A DNA stretch of 64,000 bases from Acidobacteria bacterium bin61. Its GTDB lineage: Bacteria; Acidobacteriota; Vicinamibacteria; Marinacidobacterales; SMYC01. Of this stretch, positions 10,711-19,909 are shown piece by piece. Each line of letters opens with the position of its first letter. Position 1 is the stretch's first letter. The translations under genes were made by a program, and so were the position numbers. The notes below the pieces were generated by a model. It was not told the DNA's origin. It ran no database searches and saw only the letters and a program-made list of their open reading frames with translations. The DNA lies in assembly GCA_963578475.1 (NCBI GenBank), contig CAUZCL010000003.1, positions 27,027 through 91,026 on the forward strand, in the 5' to 3' direction.

Positions 10711-12429
10711 AAAAGCTCGATGACACGACTCGCAAAGACATTGGCCGTTCTCGCTCTTTTGACTGGCTGCACGGCTCAGGAAGCGAAAGAGCCGGCCGAC
10801 CTCGTTCTTCGAAACGGCAAAGTCGTCACGGTCGACGAAGCACTGCCCGAGGCGCAAGCCGTGGCCGTGAAAGACGGCAGGATTTTGGCTGTGGGAAGTA
10901 ACAGCGACATTGCGGGCCATATCGCCGAAGCGACCGAAGTCATCGATCTCGAAGGGCGTCTCGCGATTCCCGGCTTCATTGAAGGTCACGGGCACTTCAT
11001 GAGCCTCGGCAATGCGAAGATGATCCTCGATCTCACAAAAGTCACGAGCTGGAGCGAGATCGTTGCCATAGTCGGCGACGCTGCGCGCGAAGCCGAGCCG
11101 GGCACGTGGATCTCGGGCCGCGGCTGGCATCAAGAGAAATGGGACGCGATCCCGCCGGGTGCTATCGAAGGTCTACCCGACCACACCGGCCTGAGCGAAG
11201 TGTCGCCGGACAACCCCGTCATTCTCGAACATGCGAGCGGCCATGCCGCTTTCGCGAACGCGCGCGCAATGGAGCTCGCGGGAATCGACGCGAACACCCC
11301 CGATCCCGCCGGCGGGACAATCGTCAGAGGAGCTGACGGCGATCCAACAGGAGCGCTCCGCGAAACGGCGCAAAGACTCGTACGCAGAGTCTTTCAGGAC
11401 TATCTCAACCAGCGCTCTTCCGAAGAGCAGCGCGCGGAGGCCGAGCGGCGCGTAGCGCTCGCGAGCCAAGACATGCTCTCGAAAGGCATCACGAGCTTTC
11501 ACGATGCGGGCGTAGGCTTCGGGACGATCGATTTTTACAAAGAGATGGCCGAGACGGGAAAGCTCCCTGTGCGCCTCTACGTGATGGTGCGGGGCGAGTC
11601 GAATGAGGCGATGGACGAGCAGCTTGCCGCGTACAAGATGACGAACGCCTATGACGGCCACTTGACGGTGCGTTCGATCAAACGGCAGATCGACGGCGCT
11701 CTCGGCGCTCACGGCGCCTGGCTTCTCGACAACTACGCGGATCACGATTCGGCCGGTCTCGTTCTCGAGACCATCGAAGATATCGCCGGCACAGCAGAAG
11801 TCGCGATCAAGCACGGCTATCAAGTCAACACCCATGCTATTGGCGATCGTGCAAACCGCGAAGTGCTCAATATCTACGAGAAGGCTTTCGCCGCCGACGC
11901 GAGTGGCGGTAAAGAGCTGCGCTGGCGAATCGAGCACGCGCAGCACATCGATCCTGAGGACATTCCTCGCTTCTTCCAGCTCGGCGTCATCGCAGCCATG
12001 CAAGGCATCCACTGCACCTCGGACGCGCCGTGGGTCTTCAAGCGCCTCGGCGACGAGCGCGCTGAATCCGGAGCTTACATGTGGCGCGACCTCCTGGACG
12101 CTGGTGCCATCGTCACGAACGGCACCGACGTCCCCGTCGAAGACGCCGATCCGCTCGCGAGCTACTACGCCACCGTCACCCGCATCACGAAGGACGGCAA
12201 TGCTTTTTTTCCCGGCCAGGCGATGACGCGCGAGGAAGCGCTCGAGTCCTACACGCTGAGCAACGCCTACGCCGCGTTCGAGGAAGACGTCAAAGGCTCC
12301 ATCACGCCGGGAAAGTATGCCGACATCACCGTGCTCTCGAAAGACATTTTGACCATAGAGGCCGAAGAAATCCTGGAGACGGAAGTCGTCTACACGATCG
12401 TGGGTGGCAACGTCCTCCACGCGCCGTGA
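10711..12429 (+). CDS. Amidohydrolase-family (metal-dependent hydrolase, amidohydrolase_3-like) lipoprotein
   Basis: ATG at 10711 gives MTRLAKTLAVLALLTGC lipobox. HGH metal-binding motif (FIEGHGHFMS) and C-terminal amidohydrolase fold motifs. Confidence 0.8.
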   Translation, partial: KSSMTRLAKTLAVLALLTGCTAQEAKEPADLVLRNGKVVTVDEALPEAQAVAVKDGRILAVGSNSDIAGHIAEATEVIDLEGRLAIPGFIEGHGHFMSLGNAKMILDLTKVTSWSEIVAIVGDAAREAEPGTWISGRGWHQEKWDAIPPGAIEGLPDHTGLSEVSPDNPVILEHASGHAAFANARAMELAGIDANTPDPAGGTIVRGADGDPTGALRETAQRLVRRVFQDYLNQRSSEEQRAEAERRVALASQDMLSKGITSFHDAGVGFGTIDFYKEMAETGKLPVRLYVMVRGESNEAMDEQLAAYKMTNAYDGHLTVRSIKRQIDGALGAHGAWLLDNYADHDSAGLVLETIEDIAGTAEVAIKHGYQVNTHAIGDRANREVLNIYEKAFAADASGGKELRWRIEHAQHIDPEDIPRFFQLGVIAAMQGIHCTSDAPWVFKRLGDERAESGAYMWRDLLDAGAIVTNGTDVPVEDADPLASYYATVTRITKDGNAFFPGQAMTREEALESYTLSNAYAAFEEDVKGSITPGKYADITVLSKDILTIEAEEILETEVVYTIVGGNVLHAP

Positions 12430-12773
12430 AACGCGACATCGATCTTCTCCGTCGCATTCTGCTCGATCTCGAAAGCGGCAGCTCTGTGCACGACGCCGGA
12501 GAAGATCTGCAGACACTCCACTACCACATCCAACTGTTGGACGACGCGGGTCTCATCGTCGCGGACGAGCTCGTCCCCGGCCAATGGTGGCCGGAGCGGA
12601 TCACGTGGGCGGGTCACGAATTTCTGGACCTCGCCAGAAACGACATCTCTTGGAACCGAACCAAAAGCAACGTGGCCTCCAAAGTAGGCTCCGCGCCCTT
12701 CGCGATCGTGCAGGAGCTTCTCGCCCGCAACTTGCGTAGCGCTTTGGGCTCGGCGCGAACGAAAAAGAAGTAA
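12426..12773 (+). CDS. DUF2513-like small protein
   Basis: GTG start overlapping the amidohydrolase stop (GTGA, 12426-12429). Translation VKRDIDLLRRILLDLESG... matches the conserved N-terminus of DUF2513 proteins (MKRDMDLIRKILL...). Confidence 0.5.
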   Translation: MKRDIDLLRRILLDLESGSSVHDAGEDLQTLHYHIQLLDDAGLIVADELVPGQWWPERITWAGHEFLDLARNDISWNRTKSNVASKVGSAPFAIVQELLARNLRSALGSARTKKK

Positions 12774-12915
12774 CAAGGCGAATGTCCTCGCCAGCGGACA
12801 CTCGTGGGTAGCGGCCACCGAAGGCTGGTATAGCCTAAGTAACTGCCTCAAAGCCGCTTAGGAGTCTTTCGTGACAGTGGCACGTGAGCTGCTATTACCC
12901 AAGCGAGGAGGACGC

Positions 12916-13293
12916 ATGAAAAACATCAAGCTCACAGCAGCCATAACGCTTCTTGTCATCGGGAGCGCCTGTGCCTCTAAAACCGTCAATGACGTCATGG
13001 CCGACCCGCATCGTTATGCCGATCGCAACATTGCTCTGCGCGGAAGAGTCATCGAGAGTTATTCCGTTGCCGGCACCGGCTTCTATCGTTTGGAATACAC
13101 GACCGGTCGCCTCTGGATTTGCTCCTCCAAAGGCGTGCCCCGAAAAGGCGCACGGGTGGAAGTCAAAGGAAAGATTCATGACGGCTTCGATTTGACCTCA
13201 GTGGGAGGTTTCCTGAAGCTGCCCGCAGCGATCCGCGAGCGCATCGAGTCGGGCCTGCTAATGGTGGAGAGGTCGCACAAGGCAAGAAGCTGA
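12916..13293 (+). CDS. Small lipoprotein of unknown function
   Basis: GAGGAGG RBS 6 nt upstream of ATG 12916. MKNIKLTAAITLLVIGSAC lipobox. 125 aa. Confidence 0.5.
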   Translation: MKNIKLTAAITLLVIGSACASKTVNDVMADPHRYADRNIALRGRVIESYSVAGTGFYRLEYTTGRLWICSSKGVPRKGARVEVKGKIHDGFDLTSVGGFLKLPAAIRERIESGLLMVERSHKARS

Positions 13294-13346
13294 CCGCGCG
13301 TCGCGCTGCGCGTGACGAGAGTACAGCAACCTGCACTATGCGTTAC

Positions 13347-14160
13347 TCAGTAGTGTAGGTTACTCCCCCAGTTAGTTCTAATTAGAGCCCAGAAGATCCG
13401 CTGGACGGAGACCGGATCGCCTATTAGCTGATAGAGAGACAGCATCGCGCGCGTGCCTCCGAGCAACGCATATTCCTGGAGCGACAGAACGATGGCATCA
13501 CCGAGGAGCATGTCTCTATGACCAAGAGAGGCTGAAAAGAATCGCTCGGCGAGCACGCCCGCTTGTCCATGCTTCGACAGACCCGTCGGCGACCAGACGG
13601 CAATGGCGCCTCCGCCGGCCTTTTGCACGAGCTCGGCAGCGAGGGGCGTGAATCCAGGAATCCCGAAACGACCGACCGAGCAGGTCATGAACGTCACGAT
13701 GGGACAGTTCTGATTCACGAGGTACTCGACGTCCGAAATCAGAAGCAGCGACTCATCCGCCAACCGGTCGAGCCCGCCATGCCAAAATAGTGCACGTGTC
13801 CCACGCCTTCATGCAGTGCGGTGAAGAGTTTTAGCCTCCCATCCGCGCCCGTGAGTTGCGAGAGATAGATGCGGTCGACATTGTAGTCGGGTGGGATGAA
13901 GCCAATTAGCCTTTCGGCATCTTGGGGAAAGTTGGACCGCGCGTCAGCGTTGTCCGCGAGCATCAAAACTCGGTTCGCCCACGGGCCCGTGCCGGCGCTC
14001 TCGTAGAGTCGAACCTTGTCGACATAATCGAGAAGCTCGTCATTGGAGAGCACCGGGATCCTCCCCAGTGCGATCTCCGGGACTCCATCATCGCCCACGA
14101 TATTCGCGAACGCGCTGTCGGCGGCGAAGAGCCCTTCCGGCGTTCCTCAGCGGTGTCACG
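13347..14160 (-). pseudogene. Peptidase C25 (gingipain)-like domain remnant, frameshifted and N-terminally truncated
   Basis: Two overlapping minus-strand ORFs (13739-14098 and 13347-13763) in different frames carry ...LHEGVGHVHYFG / ...CPIVTFMTCSVGRF... (His and Cys catalytic regions). A 1-nt deletion within TTTGGCATGGCGGG (expected ...GGCCATGGC...) separates them. An upstream in-frame TGA and no N-terminal domains. Confidence 0.45.
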
Positions 14161-14242
14161 ATACAGCTCTGTCCGCTACGAAGCGCCATAAACGAGAGCG
14201 CAAGCGCGGTGTTTTTACACGAGTGATCCAGCCGCTTTCCTG

Positions 14243-14746
14243 TTACTCGGTGGCTTGGCCGCCTAGGCGCGCCGAAACTTTAGCGAAGCGCTTGCCTCGC
14301 CGAAGCTTTAGCGAAGGCGGGCGCCACTCACCCGTAGCGACGAGCGTGAAAGAGGGAGGTGGCGGCGATGCGTGCACGTATATCTCGACTTCGAGCGAAA
14401 GCTCTTCCAAGTGCAGTGTCTCTCGCCAGTAGTCGTAAGGTGCTTCGAGATCGCCGAGCTCTTGAAGCTTGTCAGCGTCCACTTCGAAAAGCTCGACCCA
14501 AATTGGGTGGCGCTTCGACGACGCGACGAGCATCGGATATTCGCTGTTCTCGTACATCTCGAACGGAAGATCGACGAACCGACTGTGCACAGGCAAGGCA
14601 CCTTTCAGGTACAACTCGTGGTTGAAATAGCCGACCTTCAACGTGCCGTAAATGGCAACGAGGGTTAAAGGCCTGCCTGTTGCAACACGAAAAGAGCCTC
14701 GCGCATCATCAATAGCCGAGCGAATGCGTTTCGCGCCGCACGTCAC
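14243..14746 (-). CDS. Gamma-glutamylcyclotransferase-like (AIG2/GGCT fold) protein; start codon uncertain
   Basis: IYGTLKVGYFNHELYL matches the GGCT/AIG2 YGTL...N motif. The annotated ATG overlaps the upstream GGT gene by 37 nt, so the true start may be internal. Confidence 0.55.
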   Translation of the reverse strand: MTCGAKRIRSAIDDARGSFRVATGRPLTLVAIYGTLKVGYFNHELYLKGALPVHSRFVDLPFEMYENSEYPMLVASSKRHPIWVELFEVDADKLQELGDLEAPYDYWRETLHLEELSLEVEIYVHASPPPPSFTLVATGEWRPPSLKLRRGKRFAKVSARLGGQATE

Positions 14747-16559
14747 CGGCGGCTATCATCACGCCCGTTTCCGGATCCCGATAGGTGACCGTGAGCGCCC
14801 CCGTTCGCCAGTTCCAAAGTCCCCACGACTGCACGTCGTGACCTTTCACGCGCAGCGCCTGGAAAGTCGCCGTCGGGATGCGCGCCTCGACGCGTAGCAC
14901 GCCCGGGGTCGCGTTGACCTCGCTCCCGGTGCCGGGAAAGTTGTAGCTTCCGAAGCGCGGCTGGTCGACCGCATGCTCCGGCGACATGCCCCACACGCTG
15001 ACGTTCAAGAAAGTCTGAAGCATCGCCTGCACTTGCTGGTCGCCACCTGGCGTCGAGAGACCCATGAAGGGCTTCCCGTCTTTCATGACGAGGATCGGGT
15101 TGTTGGTGTTGCGCGGACGCTTCTTGGGTGTCATGACATTCGCAAGGCTCGCGTCGAGATTGAGCTGGCCCATCCGGCCGCCGAGACCGAATCCCCAGTT
15201 GGGGACGAGTGGCGTTAGCATGTGGCCGTCGCTCTCGGTCATGGAGAATACATTTCCTTCCGCATCCATCACGTTGACAGAAGTCGTGTCCGGAAGAGGG
15301 AGTCCCGCTTGCCCAGAGCCGAGCCCAGCAAAGACTTCGGGCGAGTCGGTAGCGACGTTTTCCATGTTCGCGGGATCGCCCCAGGGCGGCATGTCTTCGA
15401 AAGCCTTGTCGCGATCGACAAGCTCCGCGCGCTTGCGGCCATAAGCCTTCGTATAGAGCCCGCGCGGCACGTCCACGAAATCGGGGTCGCCGATATATTT
15501 GTGGCTGTCGGCCATCGCGAGCTCGATAACTTGCGAAAGTATGTGGATGTACTCAGCGGTGTTGTAGCCGAGCGCTTCGACGTCGAAGCTTTCGAGCATG
15601 TTCAAGATCAGGATGAGGCGAGGTCCTTGAGACCATCCATCACAAACATAGACGTCATAGCCGCGAAAGGTCGTATGGAGCGGCTCCATCCACCGACTCT
15701 CATAGCTCGCAAGATCGTCGTAGCGCACGAGACCGTCATCGAAGCCTTCATAGAGCGCCGCCGCCGCGCGGGCAGGCTCGCCTTTGTAGAACGCGTCCCT
15801 GGATGCGCGGATCGCCTCGGAGCGGGACGCACCCTTCTCGAGCGCTTTCACTTCGGCATCCATCATGTAGCGGATGAGCCGTCCCAGGTCTTTGTTGACC
15901 ATCAAGTCTCCGAGCTTCTGATTGCCGACGCCGTTCGGAAACCAAAACTCGACGTTGTAAGGAAACGGGGTAATCGCATCCTGCTGCGTATCGAGAAGTC
16001 CCTTCTGGTGCTTGTAGAGGTGGTAGCCCCCCTCGGCGATCTCGAGGGCGGGAGCCACAGCGTCGCGAAAGCTGAACGTTCCGTATCGATCGAGTGTAGA
16101 AAGCCACACGTCGACATCGGCAGGAATGAGGGCGATGCTCGTCGGCGTTTTTCCGTGCTCGAGGAAATGCGCGAGCGTTGCTTTCGCGGGTGTTTTCCCC
16201 GCCCCCACCCGGGTTATGACGCGCCCTTCAGAAGCGCTATAGAGGATCAGAGGCGCGACGCCAGTCCACCCGGCATAGCCCATCTTCATGACTTTCAAAG
16301 CCATCGCGGCCGTTACGCCGGCATCGAAGGCGTTGCCGCCTTTCTTGAAGGCCTCCATACCGGCGAGCGTCGACAGGTAGTGCCCGGTCGAGATGACTCC
16401 GCGCGTGCCCATGACGCGAGGGCGCATCGCCTCGAGGCTGTCATTGTCGTAGACGTGCCCGTAGGAGGCGAACGGGCCGAGCGTCTCGAGAAGCTTGCGC
16501 TCCTGCGAAGCGACCGTCGTCGCCAGAAGCACCATCCCCAATAGCCATAGACGTTTCAT
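14709..16559 (-). CDS. ggt: Gamma-glutamyltransferase (secreted)
   Basis: 616 aa; signal peptide MKRLWLLGMVLLATTVASQ. Catalytic Thr region (TGH...) and small-subunit GGDQQVQAMLQTFLNV motif. Confidence 0.88.
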   Translation of the reverse strand: MKRLWLLGMVLLATTVASQERKLLETLGPFASYGHVYDNDSLEAMRPRVMGTRGVISTGHYLSTLAGMEAFKKGGNAFDAGVTAAMALKVMKMGYAGWTGVAPLILYSASEGRVITRVGAGKTPAKATLAHFLEHGKTPTSIALIPADVDVWLSTLDRYGTFSFRDAVAPALEIAEGGYHLYKHQKGLLDTQQDAITPFPYNVEFWFPNGVGNQKLGDLMVNKDLGRLIRYMMDAEVKALEKGASRSEAIRASRDAFYKGEPARAAAALYEGFDDGLVRYDDLASYESRWMEPLHTTFRGYDVYVCDGWSQGPRLILILNMLESFDVEALGYNTAEYIHILSQVIELAMADSHKYIGDPDFVDVPRGLYTKAYGRKRAELVDRDKAFEDMPPWGDPANMENVATDSPEVFAGLGSGQAGLPLPDTTSVNVMDAEGNVFSMTESDGHMLTPLVPNWGFGLGGRMGQLNLDASLANVMTPKKRPRNTNNPILVMKDGKPFMGLSTPGGDQQVQAMLQTFLNVSVWGMSPEHAVDQPRFGSYNFPGTGSEVNATPGVLRVEARIPTATFQALRVKGHDVQSWGLWNWRTGALTVTYRDPETGVMIAAGDVRRETHSLGY

Positions 16560-16665
16560 TGCTGGCCCTCCCTACACCGAGACTTTTATCACATCTAGCC
16601 CTACCTTATTAATAAACACTCGGTGTCCTCCCCGACGTGGTATTTAATACCCCTAGGAGGTTGTC
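16560..16665. promoter_or_regulatory. Divergent promoter region with a strong Shine-Dalgarno (AGGAGG) 8 nt upstream of the aminotransferase ATG
   Basis: AT-rich stretch TTATTAATAAACA...TATTTAATAC in an otherwise GC-rich context. CCTAGGAGGTTGTCATG at 16652-16668. Confidence 0.4.
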
Positions 16666-17841
16666 ATGAAAGCCTGGCCACAGATGACGCTCGCGGGCGG
16701 CCCCGTGCAGCTCACCGATCGCACCCTTCGAGATCAATCCCGTCCTGTGCTGTATCACTACGATCCCGCCTTCATCGAAATATTCGGCCACACGTGTGAC
16801 CTGTTGAAGCAGGTCTACCGAACAGAGTATGACGTCGTGATCATGCAGGGCGAGGCCATCCTCGGGCTAGAGGCCGCGGCCGCGTGCTTGTTGTCGCCGG
16901 GCGACAAAGTGCTCAACCTCGTCTCGGGTGTTTTCGGAAAGTGGTTCGAGCTGTTCATCGAAAAATATGGCGGTGAGGCGATCGAGCTTGCCGTGCCGTA
17001 TAACGAAGCGATCAACCCCGATGCCGTCCGCAAAGCGCTAGAGGACAACCCCGGCATCAAGTTCCTATCGGTCGTACACTCGGAGACACCGTCGGCAACG
17101 CTCAACCCTGTCGAGGCTATCGGCGCGGTCGCGAAAGAGTTCGGCGTTCTCACGATGGTCGACACCGTGTCGGGATTGGGCGGAGAGCTCCTGAGCCCCG
17201 AGGATTGGGGGATGGACGTTGCCGTCGCCGGGCCGCAGAAATGTCTCGGAGGGCCCCCGGGGCTTTCCATGCTGTCGGTTAGCCCTCGAGCTTGGGAAGT
17301 AATGGAGTCCAAGAAGACCCCGCTTCGCGGAAGCTTTCTCTCTATTCTCGACTGGCGCGATACGTGGATGGAGAAACAAATATTTCCCTATACGCCATCG
17401 GTCACGAACATCTACGCGCTGGAATCGGTTCTCGAGCAAGCGCTCGAGGAAGGGATGGAGGCCATGGCGGTGCGCCATAGAGCGATCGCGAAAGCCGCTC
17501 GCCTGGCTGTTTCAGCGATGGGGCTCGAGCTTTGGGCGGCGAGCGAAGAGATCGCCGCGTCCTGTGTTACGGGTGCGGTAATGCCGAAAGGCATCGACGA
17601 CCAACAACTTCGAGGACGCTTGCGCGATCGCTACGGCGTCATGATCTCTGGCGGCTATGGCGAGCTCGCCGGAAAGCTCTTCCGACTCGGCCACATGGGT
17701 ATGGCCGCTCAGCCGACCTATCTCTGCGCACAGCTCGCGATGGTCGAGCGCACTCTCGCGGACCTTGGTGTGCCGGTCACTCTCGGCCAGGGTGTTGGCG
17801 CGGCACTCGCCTCGCTCGAGAACTGGGGAGAGAGCGCATGA
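16666..17841 (+). CDS. Class-V (AGXT-family) PLP-dependent aminotransferase, serine-pyruvate/alanine-glyoxylate type
   Basis: 391 aa; typical fold-type I class V pattern (VHSETPSATLNP...FGVLTMVDTVSGLGG, SGPQKCLGGPPGLS). Confidence 0.85.
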   Translation: MKAWPQMTLAGGPVQLTDRTLRDQSRPVLYHYDPAFIEIFGHTCDLLKQVYRTEYDVVIMQGEAILGLEAAAACLLSPGDKVLNLVSGVFGKWFELFIEKYGGEAIELAVPYNEAINPDAVRKALEDNPGIKFLSVVHSETPSATLNPVEAIGAVAKEFGVLTMVDTVSGLGGELLSPEDWGMDVAVAGPQKCLGGPPGLSMLSVSPRAWEVMESKKTPLRGSFLSILDWRDTWMEKQIFPYTPSVTNIYALESVLEQALEEGMEAMAVRHRAIAKAARLAVSAMGLELWAASEEIAASCVTGAVMPKGIDDQQLRGRLRDRYGVMISGGYGELAGKLFRLGHMGMAAQPTYLCAQLAMVERTLADLGVPVTLGQGVGAALASLENWGESA

Positions 17842-18245
17842 AGGCTCCCGTCCTGGCAACGCTCTTCCTTTTGGCCGCTGCGCATACGCAAGCCCGCGTC
17901 GTTCGCCTGGAGATCACCCAGCGCGAGACCGTGCTCTCCGGCCGGCCTTTCGGGCTCGCCGGCGCCTACGAGAATCTTTCAGGAACGGCACATTTCGCGC
18001 TCGACCCTGAGGTTCCACAAAACCGCGGCATCATCGATTTGTCGCTCGCGCCGCGAAACGCACGCGGCGAGGTTTTGTTCTCCGCGGATTTTTTTCTTTT
18101 GAAACCTGTCGACGCGGCACGCGCTAACGGAGTGCTCTTTTACGAAGCCGACAACCGCGGACGCAAGCGTATCCTCGCAACGTTTCAGAAAGGAAGCAGG
18201 TCCGCCAACCCGACGACCCCTGAAGATTTCGGCTCGGGCCACTGA
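17838..18245 (+). pseudogene. 5' fragment of a secreted protein gene (signal peptide plus about 110 aa), truncated by the convergent neighbour
   Basis: ATG overlaps the aminotransferase stop (ATGA). MKAPVLATLFLLAAAHTQA signal peptide. ORF stops 60 nt inside the convergent truncated oxygenase ORF. Confidence 0.35.
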
Positions 18246-18625
18246 TTCGGTCCCTGTAACGGACGCTCCGCGAGCAGGTCCGGGTGTTCGGGCGGAAGCT
18301 CGTGCATCATCACGAGACACTCGCTCAAGTTCGGCGCGAGCTCTTCGTTAAGCCAGTAACTAGAGGCGCCAATATAGCCGCGGTGAAAGGCGTTGATGGA
18401 GAGCGCGTTCTTTCTGTCCAGAGGCTCGGCGTGAAAGCGCACCGACTGCGCGAAAACGTGCCGGAGAAGCTCCGTCGGAACGCCGTGATTCGTGAGATAG
18501 AAAAAGCCGACCTGCTCGCAGGCCACGTTCAGAGCTCGGGCGACGTCCTCCGGGTCGCGGGACATGTCGAGGATCGGCAGCCGGTCTTTCGGAATCTCGA
18601 TGGCCGAACGTGTCATCGACCGCAT
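18185..18625 (-). pseudogene. 2OG-Fe(II) oxygenase N-terminal (DIOX_N) fragment; catalytic C-terminal domain missing
   Basis: IPILDMS...ACEQVGFFYLTNHGVP...LQGPNQWPE is the canonical non-haem dioxygenase N-terminal region, ending just before where the HxD...H jelly-roll domain should start. No continuation in any frame. Confidence 0.45.
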
Positions 18626-18655
18626 CTCAGCATTGCGTGTGGTACGCTCCGCGCC

Positions 18656-19696
18656 ATGCTCCGTGGCACCCTTTTCGCCGTTCTCGTTACTAGCATTTCC
18701 TCGACTGTTACGGGCCAAAGTCACAAAATTATTTTCGACACCGACTTTATTTTGCCGCCGGGCGATGACGGCCTCGCGCTTCTCCTCGCGCTCCAATCTC
18801 CGGAGCTCGAGATCCTCGCCATCACGACGGTCGCCGGCAACGCGAGCGTCGAGCGCGCGACCGCGGAAGTCCTGTGGCTACTCGAGTCCGTCGGGCGCAC
18901 GGAGATTCCCGTTTATCAAGGCGCGGATATGCCTTGGGTTCACGAGCGAAGCGACTTTGCCGTCGACAATTACGGGAAGTGGTACTCGAACGACGCTCCT
19001 CCCCCGCCCCCTGGCGGCCACGCGCAGAAGAAAGTCGAAAAAGAGACGGCCGTCGAGCTCCTCGTCCGTTCGGTCCTGGCAAGTCCGAACGAAATCACCA
19101 TCGTCGCGATTGGGCCGATGACGAACATCGCCACCGCCATCCGGCAAAACGCCGCCTTCTCCGAGAGCGTCCGCGAGCTCGTCATCATGGGAGGCGCGGT
19201 CGCCTCGCTCCAAGACGGCGCCGGGAACATCACGCCGAACGCCGAGTTCAATTTCTGGGTCGACCCCGAAGCGGCTCGTGTCGCCCTACGCTCCGGTATC
19301 CCCATCATGCTCTCCCCGCTCAACGTCTCGCGCAAAACCGCTTTGAGCAAAGAGTGGTACGAGAAAATGGTTGCCTCGAACACGGCCATAACACGGCTCC
19401 TGAGGATGACGATGGGGCCGAGGTTCGAGCGCGATCCGGATCGCGTCTGGCTCATGTACGACCAAGTCGCCGTGGGAAGTTTGATCGACCCGACGCTCGT
19501 TGTGACCGAAGAGCTTTTCGTCGACGTCGACGATAACCGAGGCGTGAGCTATGGGACCTCCGTGGGCGGCACCGAGGTTTGGCCAGGCGCCGAAGGCGCC
19601 CAAAAAATAAAAGTTCAGCATGAACTCGACTGGCGCCGTTTCATAGAGATGTTCGTCGAAAGAATGAACGCGCCCGTCAGGGCTCGAACCCATTAA
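18656..19696 (+). CDS. Inosine-uridine-preferring nucleoside hydrolase family protein (secreted)
   Basis: In-frame ATG at 18656 (MLRGTLFAVLVTSISS signal). IIFDTDFILPPGDDGLALLLAL contains the DxDxxxDD nucleoside hydrolase fingerprint. Confidence 0.8.
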   Translation: MLRGTLFAVLVTSISSTVTGQSHKIIFDTDFILPPGDDGLALLLALQSPELEILAITTVAGNASVERATAEVLWLLESVGRTEIPVYQGADMPWVHERSDFAVDNYGKWYSNDAPPPPPGGHAQKKVEKETAVELLVRSVLASPNEITIVAIGPMTNIATAIRQNAAFSESVRELVIMGGAVASLQDGAGNITPNAEFNFWVDPEAARVALRSGIPIMLSPLNVSRKTALSKEWYEKMVASNTAITRLLRMTMGPRFERDPDRVWLMYDQVAVGSLIDPTLVVTEELFVDVDDNRGVSYGTSVGGTEVWPGAEGAQKIKVQHELDWRRFIEMFVERMNAPVRARTH

Positions 19697-19909
19697 TCTT
19701 TCGGTGAATCTAGGCAACCGTTGACGCAAAAACTTCGCATCCACTTACAGAGCAACCCGAAGGCACCCGAGCTCTTCCGCATGACCCGGGAAGGCTATCA
19801 ACGTCCCGATACCCCAAAGGTGAACACCTTGGACGTCGACCCGTCCCGTTGGACCATGGTGGAATTCGCGTCGCTAGGGGATAACCAACCCATCACGCGC
19901 CACTAGCGC

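Noticed and set aside
11173-12516. 447-aa minus-strand ORF
   Set aside because: Antisense to the well-supported amidohydrolase gene. Composition (Arg/Val/Asp-rich, no motifs) is characteristic of shadow ORFs.
14100-14243. Direct 11-mer repeat CTTTAGCGAAG x2 (14276-14320 region) as a regulatory element
   Set aside because: Falls inside the 3' end of the GGCT-like ORF and the upstream C25 remnant. Short, imperfect, and without a partner elsewhere in the window. Likely coincidental.
15222-16544. 440-aa plus-strand ORF
   Set aside because: Completely antisense to the gamma-glutamyltransferase gene, which has clear homology. Arg/His-rich.
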